Part shown: piece by piece, positions 7,279 through 15,753 of the stretch
Layout: every line of letters starts with the position of its first letter
Numbering within the stretch: the first letter of the stretch is position 1
IMG/VR virus record: IMGVR_UViG_3300032257_000567
Span: 1-43,144 of that record
DNA: 43,144 nucleotides
Origin: a virus
Taxonomy: Duplodnaviria > Caudoviricetes
Reading direction: 5' to 3' (one strand)
Translations under genes and position numbers: made by a program
The notes under the pieces: model-generated
The model's database searches: none
What the model saw: the letters and a program-made list of their open reading frames with translations, nothing else
What the model was told of the DNA's origin: nothing

Positions 7279-7923
7279 TTATTTTAATATTCGCCTATGC
7301 TCAATGACCGGACCAATGAGTTTACCTGACTTGTTATTGACGAAGTTAAATTCAGGGTAGTCACTATTGCTTGGAGATAATATGACTTGAATGTTGCCAT
7401 CTTCTTCATAGCCTTGTAATTTATATTTGGCTATAAGGTGCTGGTTTGGGTTGGTTAATTTTGCCAATATTGTGTCGCCTGGTTGAGATTCTAAGTCTGG
7501 GTCTATTATGACTATGTCTCCCTTAGTAATACTAGGTGCCATTATGTCGCTGGCAGCTATCAATGCAAATGTGTTGTTAGATACGTTTCGTTTTGCGGCT
7601 TCTTCCATGTATATATGTGCTGTTCCCGGTGCTGATTTTCCGATATTTGGTTCATTTAAAAGCGGGATTTCCGCTACTTTGTCGCCGTTTGAGGAAACTA
7701 AATGTGCTTCGTTAATTTTTGAAAAATATTCCGGGTTAATATCGGCGGGCGATAGCATGTGATTGATCGCGCCTAGTAAGTTGGGTATTTTTTCTAGTGG
7801 AATGCTTTCGCGGGCAAACCAGCTTCGGATGGTGCTTTCGCTTTCGTTCAATTTTGCGGCTAATTCCTTTGTCCCGCCACATATTTTCACGATTTGTTTA
7901 ATTTTTTCCCAATCTGGTTTCAT
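7279..7923 (-). CDS. cI: CI-like repressor (HTH plus S24-like C-terminal domain)
   Basis: HTH ELAAKLNESESTIRSW; C-terminal GDIVIIDP..PGD...LSPSNSDYP...LIGPVIEHR; divergent from cro. Confidence 0.85.
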   Translation of the reverse strand: MKPDWEKIKQIVKICGGTKELAAKLNESESTIRSWFARESIPLEKIPNLLGAINHMLSPADINPEYFSKINEAHLVSSNGDKVAEIPLLNEPNIGKSAPGTAHIYMEEAAKRNVSNNTFALIAASDIMAPSITKGDIVIIDPDLESQPGDTILAKLTNPNQHLIAKYKLQGYEEDGNIQVILSPSNSDYPEFNFVNNKSGKLIGPVIEHRRILK

Positions 7924-7935
7924 ATTTTTACCTTA

Positions 7936-7985
7936 ATGCGTTGACAATGTTGCATCATGCGTCTATTCTGTTGCATTATGAGCTG
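7936..7985 (+). promoter_or_regulatory. PR-like sigma70 promoter with tandem operators
   Basis: TTGACA (7941-7946), 17 nt, TATTCT (7964-7969); repeats TGTTGCATCATGCGT and TGTTGCATTATGAG. Confidence 0.75.
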
Positions 7986-8256
7986 TGAAGTACAAAAATT
8001 AGCAACCAGGGCTATGCGGAAGGCATTTAGTGATGCTGGAAATATTAAGGCCTTGGCTGAGCGACTTGGTTATAGCTACAGCCGCGTGCGTAGTTGGTCT
8101 GCCCGTGGTTATGTTCCTGCGAATGAATGCAGAGCTGTTTCTAATGCGCTTGATCATTCGGTATCTGTATTAGCTCTGTTGGGTTGTGAGGATGTAGGAG
8201 CCGATAGTGCTTCAAACGTATCAAGCACCGGCCAAAGCACTGCCGCATGTTCTTGA
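7978..8256 (+). CDS. cro: Cro-like HTH regulator
   Basis: KALAERLGYSYSRVRSWSARGYVP HTH; divergent from cI. Start uncertain (7978 or 8013); the track start at 7957 lies inside the promoter. Confidence 0.75.
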   Translation: MSCEVQKLATRAMRKAFSDAGNIKALAERLGYSYSRVRSWSARGYVPANECRAVSNALDHSVSVLALLGCEDVGADSASNVSSTGQSTAACS

Positions 8257-8429
8257 TCTGCGCGTTCAGCTTTGGCTTTGAGGTTGTTGATGAAGTTTTT
8301 TTTGCACAGGGGCGGTAGTTCGGCTGCTGCGTCTGTGAGTGAGCCAATAATAAAGTAGAGGTGGCGGCTGTCGTGTTCTAGTTCAGCTATCCGCTCAGTG
8401 GGGGTTTTGTTGTAAATTTGATCGGTCAT
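8154..8429 (-). CDS. Hypothetical protein antisense to the 3' end of cro
   Basis: AAGGAG RBS before ATG at 8429; helical-looking 91-aa product. Confidence 0.55.
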   Translation of the reverse strand: MTDQIYNKTPTERIAELEHDSRHLYFIIGSLTDAAAELPPLCKKNFINNLKAKAERADQEHAAVLWPVLDTFEALSAPTSSQPNRANTDTE

Positions 8430-8529
8430 AGGGTGCTCCTTCGTGACTACAATTTTTAACTTTGGCGAGTTTGATTGTAGCGCGTAGGCGCTCTCTTTTA
8501 CAAATTAACCCATTGGAGGGGTTTGAGCC

Positions 8530-9153
8530 ATGAAGCCTGTTACTCAGTTATTCGTACCCAGTGAAACTCGGACGATTACGATTTTGCGGCATGTTACGAA
8601 TTTTTTATTTTCTACCTCTACTACGGATTCGGCTTTTGCGATGAGTGTGGTTGAGGTTTATCACCAGCGTGTACCCGTTCGGGCGGCGCGTATTTTTGAT
8701 TTTCATGAAACCAATAATCCTGTTAAGGATATGAAGGCTAACACGCAGTTGGTGAGTCGCATTTTGAATCGTGTGACGCGCATGCCTGCGGATTTGGAGG
8801 AGGCGTTTGTTTTGGCGATGCCTGCGCCTTTTCGTGAGCCTTGTATGCGTGATTTAGCGGAGCGTTATGGTTTGTTGGCTGTGCATATTCCGGTTGCTGA
8901 GCCGAGTGAAGATTTGGCAAATTTGCAACGGATTTTAAAGGAAACGGGTGAGGCGATTACGGCGCTTGGGCCGATTTTGGCGGATGGCAAGATTGATTCG
9001 TCTGATGGTCCTTATGCAAAACATGCTTTGCAGCAAGTGCATGAGGCGCAAGCCGCGTTGCTTGAGATGAGTGTTCGTATTACGGCTATTCTGCCGGAAG
9101 ATCAGGAGGTTGTTCATGGCGCAGGAGGGTGCAATGTCTCTCGCATTGGATGA
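8530..9153 (+). CDS. CII-like phage regulatory protein
   Basis: GGAGG RBS; position after cro; C-terminal KETGEA...LADGKIDSSD typical of CII-family phage regulators. Confidence 0.6.
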   Translation: MKPVTQLFVPSETRTITILRHVTNFLFSTSTTDSAFAMSVVEVYHQRVPVRAARIFDFHETNNPVKDMKANTQLVSRILNRVTRMPADLEEAFVLAMPAPFREPCMRDLAERYGLLAVHIPVAEPSEDLANLQRILKETGEAITALGPILADGKIDSSDGPYAKHALQQVHEAQAALLEMSVRITAILPEDQEVVHGAGGCNVSRIG

Positions 9154-9286
9154 GTCAGATGCGGTTGTTGATTTGTCTGTGGGTGATTGTGAGTTGTGTG
9201 GCTGGTGGAGTTCTGATTTGATTTTGCTGGTTTGTGGTTGTTGTCGTGCCAGGTACGGTTTGGATAAGGAGGTTGTTCATGAGTGA
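9134..9286 (+). CDS. Small Cys-rich (zinc-finger-like) protein
   Basis: AGGAGG RBS; MSLALD...CELCG...CGCCR. Confidence 0.55.
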   Translation: MSLALDESDAVVDLSVGDCELCGWWSSDLILLVCGCCRARYGLDKEVVHE

Positions 9287-9923
9287 TATTTTGATTGGGC
9301 TTGCTGGTCAGGCTGGGAGCGGTAAGGATACCGTCGCTGATTATTTAGCATCGGATTTTGGGTTTTCTCGTTTTGCGCTTGCAACGCCGATTAAGTCGCA
9401 TTTGCATGGGGTTGTGGGTTTGTCTGATGAGCAGTTGGATGGTGATTTGAAAGAGGTTGTTTTGCCGGCGTTGGGTAAATCGCCCCGGGAAATGATGCAG
9501 GATTGCGGGGATTCGTTTCGGCGATATTTTGGTGATGATGTGTTTGTTTCGATTTTGTCTCGCCAGTTGGATTATGCGCGGGGTTGTTTTGCTTCTGGCT
9601 CTTTGCGGTATGGCAATTTGGGTGGGCCGGAGTTTAGTGTTGTTGTGACTGATTTGCGTTTGAATAATGAGGCTGACTGGATTCGTTCACAGGGCGGTAC
9701 GGTTTTGCATATTGTTCGTGATGCGGCTGCTCCGGTGCGTGAGCATGTGACTGAGTGTGGTATTGCATTGCATCGTGATGATTTGCAGGTTGGTAATAAC
9801 GGTTCTATTGATGATTTGCTTAAAAAAATCGATACGATTGTTTTGGATGTGTTTGAAGGGGATCGTGTTGTGCCGGTTTGTGATGGTGTTGACGAACGTG
9901 CGGTTGCATTCGGTGCGATATGA
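9279..9923 (+). CDS. Deoxynucleoside monophosphate kinase
   Basis: AGGAGG RBS; IGLAGQAGSGKDTVA P-loop, SPREMMQ, VVTDLRLNNEADWIR, H.TE.G, NNGSIDDL. Confidence 0.88.
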   Translation: MSDILIGLAGQAGSGKDTVADYLASDFGFSRFALATPIKSHLHGVVGLSDEQLDGDLKEVVLPALGKSPREMMQDCGDSFRRYFGDDVFVSILSRQLDYARGCFASGSLRYGNLGGPEFSVVVTDLRLNNEADWIRSQGGTVLHIVRDAAAPVREHVTECGIALHRDDLQVGNNGSIDDLLKKIDTIVLDVFEGDRVVPVCDGVDERAVAFGAI

Positions 9924-10105
9924 CGCAGGCGCTTTACAATGATCCCACATTGGAAGCTGCGCAACGTTTGGAAATTCAGGAAAAGCGTTGTGATGTTTGT
10001 GAGCGTGCGATTTGGTTGTCTACGGGTGGCTCGGTTTGTTCGCAGGGTAAGAAGTTTCCTTTTTGTAAGAGTGATCGTAAGCATGGGTTTAGGTTGATTT
10101 CTTAA
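9920..10105 (+). CDS. Small Cys-containing hypothetical protein
   Basis: CDVC...C...FPFC; ATGA and TAATG coupling on both sides. Confidence 0.6.
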   Translation: MTQALYNDPTLEAAQRLEIQEKRCDVCERAIWLSTGGSVCSQGKKFPFCKSDRKHGFRLIS

Positions 10106-10998
10106 TGGCGATTAAGCTGAATAATGCTGAGCTAGAGCGGTTGCGCGGTGTGCGTCATGAGGTGTTTGTGTTGTATGTGCGGTTGCGTGAGCGTATGGAT
10201 TACGCGACGGGTCTTGTTGGGCAGCGTCACGGTTGTGGTGTGTCCTGGCAGGGCTTGCGCGAGGATTTGTATGTTGAGCCGCATAAGGGTTATGAGAGTG
10301 GTAGTCCGAGTAAGGATGCTTTGCGACGAATGGGGGCGGCGTTGGTAAGGTTGGGGTTGTTGCTTAATTTAAGTGTGGGAAAACGATTAATTTTTAAGTG
10401 TGTTTTGGCTGATGCGGATTATTCCGCAAAAAATAAAGCCGCCACTAAGCCGCCATACCCTGACACCATAGAAGCCGACACGTTGAAAACCAGTGAGCAT
10501 GCGGGTTTAAATGGTGAAGCCGCCACAGAAGCCGCCATACCACAAACAGCAAAAGCCGCCACACATCCGGTATCCGGTAAAACAAATAATAACTCAACAC
10601 GCGCGCGAGGTTCTGCTTTTCAATCGCCCATTGATGATTCGTTTCAAGTTTCGGCAGCTTTGGAAATGTTTGTTCGCTTAAAGTTGCAGCCTGATCCGCC
10701 TGATGTTGAATTGAATCGATTGTTGTTTATTGAGCATTTCAGTGGGTTGATTGATGAAACAACAAAAAAACCATTTGTGGCGGATGAAAAGGGAAAAGAG
10801 AAGCTTTTTCGAAAGTGGTTGTTACGCGCTAAGCTGATTCAGCAGCGTGATGAACAAAAGCGGAATATTTCGCCTGGGAATAAAGTTCATGAAAACAGTA
10901 GATCTTTGAGTGTCTTTGAAGAAATTGAGAAAGCGAATTCTGGGGCGAGAGATTCAGAAATCAATTCAATTATTGAAGGGGAGCATGCCAGTGAATAA
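10105..10998 (+). CDS. Replication initiator (O-like)
   Basis: Position; N-terminal wHTH-like region; central iteron repeats in the coding sequence. Confidence 0.7.
   Translation: MAIKLNNAELERLRGVRHEVFVLYVRLRERMDYATGLVGQRHGCGVSWQGLREDLYVEPHKGYESGSPSKDALRRMGAALVRLGLLLNLSVGKRLIFKCVLADADYSAKNKAATKPPYPDTIEADTLKTSEHAGLNGEAATEAAIPQTAKAATHPVSGKTNNNSTRARGSAFQSPIDDSFQVSAALEMFVRLKLQPDPPDVELNRLLFIEHFSGLIDETTKKPFVADEKGKEKLFRKWLLRAKLIQQRDEQKRNISPGNKVHENSRSLSVFEEIEKANSGARDSEINSIIEGEHASE
10436..10561 (+). repeat. Iterons of the putative phage replication origin
   Basis: AAGCCGCCA at 10436, 10447, 10517, 10529 and 10553, plus AAGCCGACA at 10472; A-rich tract follows. Confidence 0.75.
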
Positions 10999-11626
10999 TA
11001 TCGATAAGTCAGACATTGAATGGTTGTTTACAACTTTGATGCGTTTGGTTGGTGCGCTTAAATGGCGATCGCAAAATGGTGTGAAGGACGATGGCACCTG
11101 GTTGACGGTGTTGCGCGGGATGTCCAGAAATCAAATTGAATTGGGTGTTCGTCGGTTTACTGCGCTGTGTAATTCGAACAGCAGGGGAGAAGTATGGGCG
11201 CCAAGTGCTTTGGACTTCCGTGATTATTGTTTTCTCAGTGTTGCAGAATTGAATATACCTGGAGTTGAGGAGGCGTATAGCGATGCGGTTAATCGTATAT
11301 GGGATCGCCATCCGATTGTTTATCTAGTGAATGAGAAAATGTCGAATTCAAGAGGTAAACCTGGTGCTTATGTGAATTGGCGATTGAAATCAGAGTCTGT
11401 GACACGGCCTTGGTTTGAGCGCATTTACAATAAATTTGTGGAGCGAGCGAGGAAAGGTGAAAAGCTTGTGTTGCCCATGCATATTATTCGAGATCATCGT
11501 CGTATTTTGGAGAATCAATCAAACAAAACATCGGTGGGCGTTAGTGTTCAGGCTAGCGTGCAAGAACATCTGAAAAAGATGAGAGCGAAGATAAACGGGG
11601 AGCCGCGTAAAACGGGTACGAATTAA
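10985..11626 (+). CDS. Replication protein P-like helicase loader
   Basis: W...LRGMSRNQIELG...WAPSALDFRDYC...IPGVEEAY...HPIVY motif; GGGGAG RBS; follows the O-like gene. Confidence 0.7.
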   Translation: MPVNNIDKSDIEWLFTTLMRLVGALKWRSQNGVKDDGTWLTVLRGMSRNQIELGVRRFTALCNSNSRGEVWAPSALDFRDYCFLSVAELNIPGVEEAYSDAVNRIWDRHPIVYLVNEKMSNSRGKPGAYVNWRLKSESVTRPWFERIYNKFVERARKGEKLVLPMHIIRDHRRILENQSNKTSVGVSVQASVQEHLKKMRAKINGEPRKTGTN

Positions 11627-11659
11627 ATTTTTAACGTCACAGTTTGAGAGGGAAGTTAC

Positions 11660-11998
11660 ATGGCGGAAATTAGTACGGATATTTATCGAGCAGAGTTGGC
11701 AATGGAAAACTGGATGGCGTGGCAGAATGACAGTGTGTCATACAGACTAAATTTGGATGGATCATCTGGAAAATATCGGATGGTGTTTGTCAATGAGAAG
11801 GAAGCCTTGAAGATTGAGGGAATTTTATTGCGATTGAAAGCTTACAATCGAAATACGTACAAGGCTTTAGTGACATATTTTGAAAACAGGGATCATAAGT
11901 TCTTAAAATCTATAGCAGAAATGCTAAATATATGTGATGACACATTGCGTTCCAGAGTAGATTTTGGGCTGGAATACGTTGCTGGTGAATTAATCTAA
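11660..11998 (+). CDS. Q-like late antiterminator
   Basis: MENWMAW N-terminus and C-terminal HTH (IAEMLNICDDTLRSRV); followed by a promoter and terminator. Confidence 0.6.
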   Translation: MAEISTDIYRAELAMENWMAWQNDSVSYRLNLDGSSGKYRMVFVNEKEALKIEGILLRLKAYNRNTYKALVTYFENRDHKFLKSIAEMLNICDDTLRSRVDFGLEYVAGELI

Positions 11999-12020
11999 AT
12001 GAAAAAAATAAAAATAATGT

Positions 12021-12049
12021 TTGACGTCTTCGGCTTTTTTTACTATAAA
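12021..12049 (+). promoter_or_regulatory. PR'-like late promoter
   Basis: TTGACG, 17 nt, TATAAA immediately after the Q-like gene. Confidence 0.65.
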
Positions 12050-12079
12050 TTCATTAGCCTTGGCAAATTTGCGAGGCAA

Positions 12080-12112
12080 GAAACCCGAACCAGAGATGGC
12101 TCGGGTTTTTTT
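12080..12112 (+). terminator. tR'-like intrinsic terminator
   Basis: AAACCCGAACCA-GAGA-TGGCTCGGGTTTTTTT. Confidence 0.75.
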
Positions 12113-12248
12113 GTTTGCGCAGAAGCCTGTCGGCACACTGGCGAACAAGTTTTTTCATCCTCCTTGATCGGGCAGCTTTCCCTCCCTTGCTGCCCGTTCT
12201 TTTTCTGCAGCGCTAAGCCTTTTTATTTACAAAACAGAGAGTAAAAGT

Positions 12249-12599
12249 ATGAATATGAGAAAGTATATTTTTTTAACTGGAACGTTAATTTCCTTATCGT
12301 GTTTATCAGTTGGTGGTGTTGTAGCTGATACGCTCGATGGTTACGTTACAAGTGATATATCTATTGCATCAGCTAATGCTGTAACAACAAAGGCTAGCGA
12401 TAAGTCAACAAATGATTTATCTGTTGTGTTTGGTGGTGTTGATGGTGACGGTTTGGTTCGAGATATTGCGGTAATAAACTTGAATATGTTTGCTGATACA
12501 GGTGGTAGCAATATTTACCAGTCAGATAATCTAAAAAAGAATATTGAAAATATGGCATGCAATTCATGTCACGCAATAGATCGAAGTCAACCGGGTTAG
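12249..12599 (+). CDS. Secreted protein with a C-terminal CxxCH motif
   Basis: Signal-peptide-like N-terminus ending VVA-D; CNSCH near the C-terminus; own terminator downstream. Confidence 0.6.
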   Translation: MNMRKYIFLTGTLISLSCLSVGGVVADTLDGYVTSDISIASANAVTTKASDKSTNDLSVVFGGVDGDGLVRDIAVINLNMFADTGGSNIYQSDNLKKNIENMACNSCHAIDRSQPG

Positions 12600-12622
12600 G
12601 TTGGTCTTGATCAGAGAGCACT

Positions 12623-12647
12623 AAAGCCAGTCAACGCGACTGGTTTT
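12623..12647 (+). terminator. Intrinsic terminator
   Basis: AAAGCCAGTC-AACGC-GACTGGTTTT. Confidence 0.6.
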
Positions 12648-12686
12648 ATATTCTTGAGTTTTTGCAACAAGATTATGTCTTTTTCG

Positions 12687-12732
12687 GGGTCCCTATCATT
12701 TCACTCAGCCCCACGGGGGACGATGGCCGCGG
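12687..12732 (+). other. Lambda-like cos site (cosQ plus cosN)
   Basis: GGGTCCC, then ACG^GGGGACGATGGC^CGCGG, parallel to lambda GGGTCCT...ACG^GGGCGGCGACCT^CGCGG; lies upstream of the small terminase. Confidence 0.7.
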
Positions 12733-12892
12733 AAAGTGGGTGGAATTTGAGTTTCCTATGGTCTCGGCATCAGGGTTTGGTGTAAGTGGTTTTTGTAAAA
12801 GTGCTTTGTAAGTGATTGTTATTTTTAATTAAATTATGAGTTTGTTTTTTACTATGAGGATTTTTGAAAAATAAGCCGAGAGTGGTGATTTT

Positions 12893-13423
12893 ATGAGTGC
12901 TGATGTTGCGAGTATTCAAGATAGATATTTGTATAGCCTCTCGCAGCTGGCAACAATTTTTGGTATTGCTCGTGAAACTGTCAGTAAACGGTTGCAGCGA
13001 CAAAGTGTTGTTCCGTCGGATGAGCGGCGAGGGCATCCGGTGTATCACATAGCCTCGGCATCACGTGCGATTATCGAGGGTGAAAATCCTGAGACGAATT
13101 TTGACTGGAATTCAAATCCAGAAAAAATGCATCCGAAAGATCGTAAGGACTGGTACCAGTCCGAAAAATTTCGCAAAGAGCTAGAAAAAGAAGACAAGAT
13201 TACAATTCACAGTGCTGAGCATGAATTGGTTCTAAGTGATATTTTAAAAATTCAACTTCGGGTGATGGATACGCTTGAGGACATGCTTGAACGTGAAGGT
13301 GTTGAAGTTGATGTGTTGGCTAAGGTGAGTCGATCTGTTGATAAAGCCAAAAATGATTTAGCCGATAAGTTGGAAGAATATGAATTTAAGCGGGGTGACG
13401 TCGACCAATCCGAATCGGGGTAG
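12893..13423 (+). CDS. Terminase small subunit (DUF1441/Nu1-like)
   Basis: SLSQLATIFGIARETVSKRL wHTH; PEKMHPKDRKDWYQSE. Confidence 0.85.
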   Translation: MSADVASIQDRYLYSLSQLATIFGIARETVSKRLQRQSVVPSDERRGHPVYHIASASRAIIEGENPETNFDWNSNPEKMHPKDRKDWYQSEKFRKELEKEDKITIHSAEHELVLSDILKIQLRVMDTLEDMLEREGVEVDVLAKVSRSVDKAKNDLADKLEEYEFKRGDVDQSESG

Positions 13424-15527
13424 ATCGGGTTATGCCGATCCGGGTATTGCCGTTCGCAACCTATCTGCCATGGCGCGTCCACGGGCGAAAATCCATGTCA
13501 GTGAAGCGTCTGCAGAATACGTTTGGGTGAAAACGCCTGGTGGTGGTTATGATCGATGGAATCCATTGGTTGTTCCATCGCTGATTGAGCCTATGAACTT
13601 GCTCACCAGTAGGAAGTTTGAAGCTGTTGTTTTTGTGGGTCCTGCTCGCGATGGCAAAACACAGGCGTTAATCGATAACGCGTTGGCGTATGTGATCAAG
13701 TGCGATCCCAGTGACGCGTTTGTTGTGCAGATGACAAAAGCAAAAGCTGGAGATTTTGCCAAGTTGCGTTTGCAACGAATGATACGCAATAGTCCAGAGT
13801 TAAAGCGACAATTAAGCGGTCGTGCTGACGACGATAATGTTTTTCAGAAATTCTTCAAGAATGGCGCATTCATCAGTATTGGTTGGCCCACGGCTAATCA
13901 GTTTGCATCCAGTGAATATAAATATGTTTTCCTTACTGACTACGATCGTATGCCGCAAGATATTGGCGGTGAAGGTAGTCCGTTTGTGCTTGGCAAAAAA
14001 CGAACAACCACGTATTTATCGCGAGGAATGACAGCGGTAGAATCGTCGCCGAGTTTTGAATTATCTGATCCATCCTGGGAGCCGAGTACATTACATGAAG
14101 CGCCTCCAGTTAAGGGGATTATGTCACTTTACAATATGGGTGATCGACGTCGTCTGTATTGGTGTTGTCCGCATTGTGATGAATATTATATGCAGGCTCC
14201 CGGGATAGAAGGGTTTGTCTTTCCGCATAATAAAGATTTGTTTGGTTTTACGGATTCAGAAATTCGCGGCGATGTCGGTGTGCTTTGCACCAATTGTGGT
14301 GCTGTTATTACTGAAAACTATAAACCTCAAATGGGTGAAAATTCGATTTGGGTTCCAGAGGGTGTCCACATTGAGCGCGAAGGCAAAGAATACGGTTTAG
14401 TTGGTAACGCCCGTCAATCAAAAATCGCGAGTTATTGGAAGTCAGGTGCTGCGGCAGCGTATCAAAATTGGCGTTCAATTGTTCAGGGATATCTAAACGG
14501 CTTAGTCACGTATGAAACTACGGGTGATGAGGAAGCACTGAAAACCGCAATTAATGTGGATATGGGTGCTGTGTATATCCCTCAACGGCTGGTGGATGGT
14601 GCTAGCAAGATTGCGTTAAAAGATCGGGCAGAGAAAATAACTGAACGTTATTACGTGCCGGATGAAGTGCGTGGTCTAGTTGCCACGGTAGATGTTCAGG
14701 GCGGAGAAAATCGTCGTTGGGATGTACAGGTGCATGGCATAGGTGTTGGCAACCAGAAATGGATTGTCGATCGATACAGCATTACCGATTCAAAACGTGC
14801 GCTGGAAAATGGCAAATTCGACCGTGTAAATCCCGCTGCTCACATTGAAGACTGGAATTTAATAACTGAGAAAGTTGTCAATTCAACATACAAGCTCGGT
14901 GACGGTCGTGAAATGCGAGTGTATCGGGTTGGTATTGATACCGGTGGTGAGGCTGGTGTAACTGAACGGGCCTATGAGTATTGGCGAAGTTTACGGATGA
15001 ATCATTTATCCGATCGCGTACGGCTCGTAAAAGGTAGAGATGGTTTAGAGCAACCAAAGGTTAAGTTATCTTATCCAGATAGCACGAATCGTAAAGATCG
15101 TAATTCAGGCGCTCGTGGTGATGTGCCAGTGTTGATGCTCAATACCAACAAAATTAAAGACAATTTACAAAACGATCTTGAGCGAGAAATATCAGGTCCT
15201 GGTTTCATACATTTTCCGGACTGGCTGCAAGACTGGTTTTATAAAGAACTGCAAGCAGAGCAACGTGGTGACGATGGCAAGTGGTTTAAAATACGTTCCA
15301 GAAATGAAGCGTGGGATTTGCTGGTTTACTGTTACGCATTGCTAATTGAATTGGGCATTGTTAATACCCGAATTGATTGGGATAGGCCGCCAAACTGGTT
15401 AAAGCCCTGGGATGATAATTCTGAGGTGATTACGCGTGAACAACGTATAGCGTTGCAGGATGACAGTAAGGCGCTTGCAAAAAAACGGGTTCCACAAAAA
15501 CGACAAACAAGGTTTCGATTTAATTAA
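13380..15527 (+). CDS. Terminase large subunit (lambda GpA family)
   Basis: VFVGPARDGKT Walker A, LTDYD Walker B, ESSP, CPHC/CTNC zinc motifs, VDVQ, RNEAWDLLVY; exact start uncertain. Confidence 0.95.
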   Translation: MNLSGVTSTNPNRGRSGYADPGIAVRNLSAMARPRAKIHVSEASAEYVWVKTPGGGYDRWNPLVVPSLIEPMNLLTSRKFEAVVFVGPARDGKTQALIDNALAYVIKCDPSDAFVVQMTKAKAGDFAKLRLQRMIRNSPELKRQLSGRADDDNVFQKFFKNGAFISIGWPTANQFASSEYKYVFLTDYDRMPQDIGGEGSPFVLGKKRTTTYLSRGMTAVESSPSFELSDPSWEPSTLHEAPPVKGIMSLYNMGDRRRLYWCCPHCDEYYMQAPGIEGFVFPHNKDLFGFTDSEIRGDVGVLCTNCGAVITENYKPQMGENSIWVPEGVHIEREGKEYGLVGNARQSKIASYWKSGAAAAYQNWRSIVQGYLNGLVTYETTGDEEALKTAINVDMGAVYIPQRLVDGASKIALKDRAEKITERYYVPDEVRGLVATVDVQGGENRRWDVQVHGIGVGNQKWIVDRYSITDSKRALENGKFDRVNPAAHIEDWNLITEKVVNSTYKLGDGREMRVYRVGIDTGGEAGVTERAYEYWRSLRMNHLSDRVRLVKGRDGLEQPKVKLSYPDSTNRKDRNSGARGDVPVLMLNTNKIKDNLQNDLEREISGPGFIHFPDWLQDWFYKELQAEQRGDDGKWFKIRSRNEAWDLLVYCYALLIELGIVNTRIDWDRPPNWLKPWDDNSEVITREQRIALQDDSKALAKKRVPQKRQTRFRFN

Positions 15528-15544
15528 CTTTCGGTTTTATAAAC

Positions 15545-15751
15545 ATGGCATTTACTCAATCAGATTTGAACGCAATAAACACGGCTATTGCCAGTGGTGT
15601 ATTGGAAGTTGAATTTGAGAATGAACGCACTAAATACAATTCGATTGGTGAGCTGATCAAGGCAAAAAAAGCCATTCAGGCTGAGTTGGATAGTGTTGGT
15701 GGTGTTCGAAGACCCTTGGCTGTTGTTAGTCGCTATAAGCGGAATCTTTAG
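15545..15751 (+). CDS. gpW-like head-tail joining protein
   Basis: MAFTQSDLNAINTAIASG...Y.SIGEL; lies between terminase and portal. Confidence 0.85.
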   Translation: MAFTQSDLNAINTAIASGVLEVEFENERTKYNSIGELIKAKKAIQAELDSVGGVRRPLAVVSRYKRNL

Positions 15752-15753
15752 GT

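Noticed and set aside
10436-10561. Short repeats as a CRISPR array
   Set aside because: They are 9-bp units with irregular short spacing inside a replication gene, and there are no cas genes; iterons explain them.
11999-12244. 81-aa ORF after the Q-like gene
   Set aside because: It runs across the late promoter and two hairpins with T-tracts, so it is probably non-coding.
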